NCBI GenBank assembly: GCA_964016885.1
Contig: OZ024742.1
Location: forward strand, 319,362,001 to 319,426,000
Reading direction: 5' to 3'
Length of the DNA stretch: 64,000 bases
Source: Eledone cirrhosa
Taxonomy: Eukaryota
A model generated the notes under the pieces. It made no database searches. It saw only the letters and a list, made by a program, of their open reading frames with translations, and was not told where the DNA came from. How positions within the stretch are numbered: the stretch's first letter is position 1; every line of letters starts with the position of its first letter. Position numbers and translations under genes: made by a program. Shown here piece after piece: positions 62,540 to 64,000 of this stretch.

Positions 62540-64000
62540 CGCTCTTTTCCTTGTACGACAACTACAGGAGAAGTACCTAGCTAAAAGTAAACCCCTCTAC
62601 TTAGCTTTTATAGACCTGGAGAAAGCCTTTGACAGAGTCCCCCGCTTCATTATCTGGTGGGCTCTTAGAAAACTAGGTGTAGATGAATGGCTTGTGAGAG
62701 CTATACAAGCCATGTATAAAGAAACAGTCAGTAAGGTTAGAATTAACAATGAATATAGTGAAGAATTTAGTGTAAAAGTTGGTGTTCATCAAGGCTCTAT
62801 CCTTAGCCCCCTCCTATTTATTATTGCCCTTCAGGCTATAACAGAGGAGTTTAAGACCGGCTGCCCATGGGAACTCCTATACGCAGATGATCTAACGCTC
62901 ATAGCTGAATCTATGGCTGAACTAGAGAAAAAATTCCAAACATGGAAGCATGGCCTTAAAGTTAACTTGTTTAAAACTAAAGTTCTAGTATGTAGAAAAG
63001 AAAATAAGGCACAGGTGCCCTCTGGGAAATGGCCATGCTCAGTGTGTAGGAAAGGAGCAGGTAGAAATTCCATTTTATGTCCCAAATGCTAACTATGGGT
63101 GCATAAAAGATGTAGTGGTATCACAGGTAAACTATCTAAGAACGAAGATTTTATATGTGGCCAATGCTCAGGTGCAATAAGTAGCAAGTGCCCACAGGAT
63201 ACTATCTCCTTCTATTGCCCAGATGGTTCTATAGAAATAGTGGACACTTTCCGTTACCTGGGTGACGAAATCAGCAGTGGTGGAGGGTGTTCTGAAAGTA
63301 CAGTAGCCAGAGTCAAAACGGGATGGAAAAAGTTCAGAGATCTTATACCGCTGTTGGCCACAAAAGGTTTCTCTCTAAAAGCGAAAGGCAGATTGTATGA
63401 TGCTAGTATACGAACAGCAATGTTACATGGCAGTGAGACATGGCCATTGTGTGCAGAGGATCTGCGCAGACTGGAGAGGAACAAAGCATCCATGCTCCGT
63501 TGGGTGTGTAATAGTAATATACACGAACGGCAAAACATAAATGAACTAAGTGAGAAATTAGGAATAAGAGGGATCAGATGTTGTTTACTTGAGAGAAGAC
63601 TACGTTGGTATGGTCACGTGATGCGCATGAAAGATGACAGCTGTATAAAAAAGTGCAGGGCGATCAAAATTGATGGTAGTTACGGAGTAGGTTAGACCCA
63701 GAAAAACATGGGACGTTTGATTAATTCCGACCTTACACACTTGCACCTCTCTAAGACAATGTCACTGGACCGAGATCTTTGGCGCTACGCAATAATATAG
63801 AAGACCCGCCTTGCCTATGTACAAAGCGAAACCTAGTTAGTAGGCACTTCTTAACCAAATATACACACCAACCCACTACCCCTACTCCATCCTCCCAACA
63901 CCACCCTTTCTCTGTAAAGTTGGTACCACAACATCCAGTCCAAATTAATGAGATAATGAGATCGAGATCGTGTAGGTGTCACAACAAAAAAGACACTCAG
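62540..64000 (+). mobile_element. 5'-truncated, stop-containing copy of a related RTE subfamily, running off the window
   Basis: QLQEKYLAKSKPLYLAFIDLEKAFD, YADD and the PHD-like finger are present. Stops occur near 63090 and 63693. Confidence 0.9.

Overview
AT-rich, repeat-dense animal genomic DNA. The repeat content (tRNA/Nin-type SINEs, (GAT)n-tailed RTE LINEs) suggests a coleoid cephalopod such as Octopus; this is an inference. Three host genes can be read from the sequence. (1) An intronless, divergent hnRNP A/B-like two-RRM gene (5003-6028, -) with an unusual Y-x-R-D-x-x-W repeat tail. (2) A complete 8-coding-exon ARMC1 (21303-42560, -, 273 aa, all splice phases consistent). (3) The first five coding exons of a divergently transcribed MTFR1-family gene (51017 to beyond 60422, +). 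ARMC1 and MTFR1 share a probable CCAAT-rich bidirectional promoter near 46.1-47.0 kb, the same head-to-head pairing as in human. The rest is mobile DNA: an intact 1041-aa RTE LINE with a PHD-like finger plus truncated copies, a full-length CR1 LINE bounded by a 7-bp TSD, a stack of Tx1/L1 elements and a SINE each joined at (TAA)n tails, CRE-like, Rex3-like and BovB-like remnants, a deleted Chapaev3 transposon, a Helitron Pif1 fragment, hAT MITEs and minisatellites. All homology calls come from recalled family motifs, not database searches.
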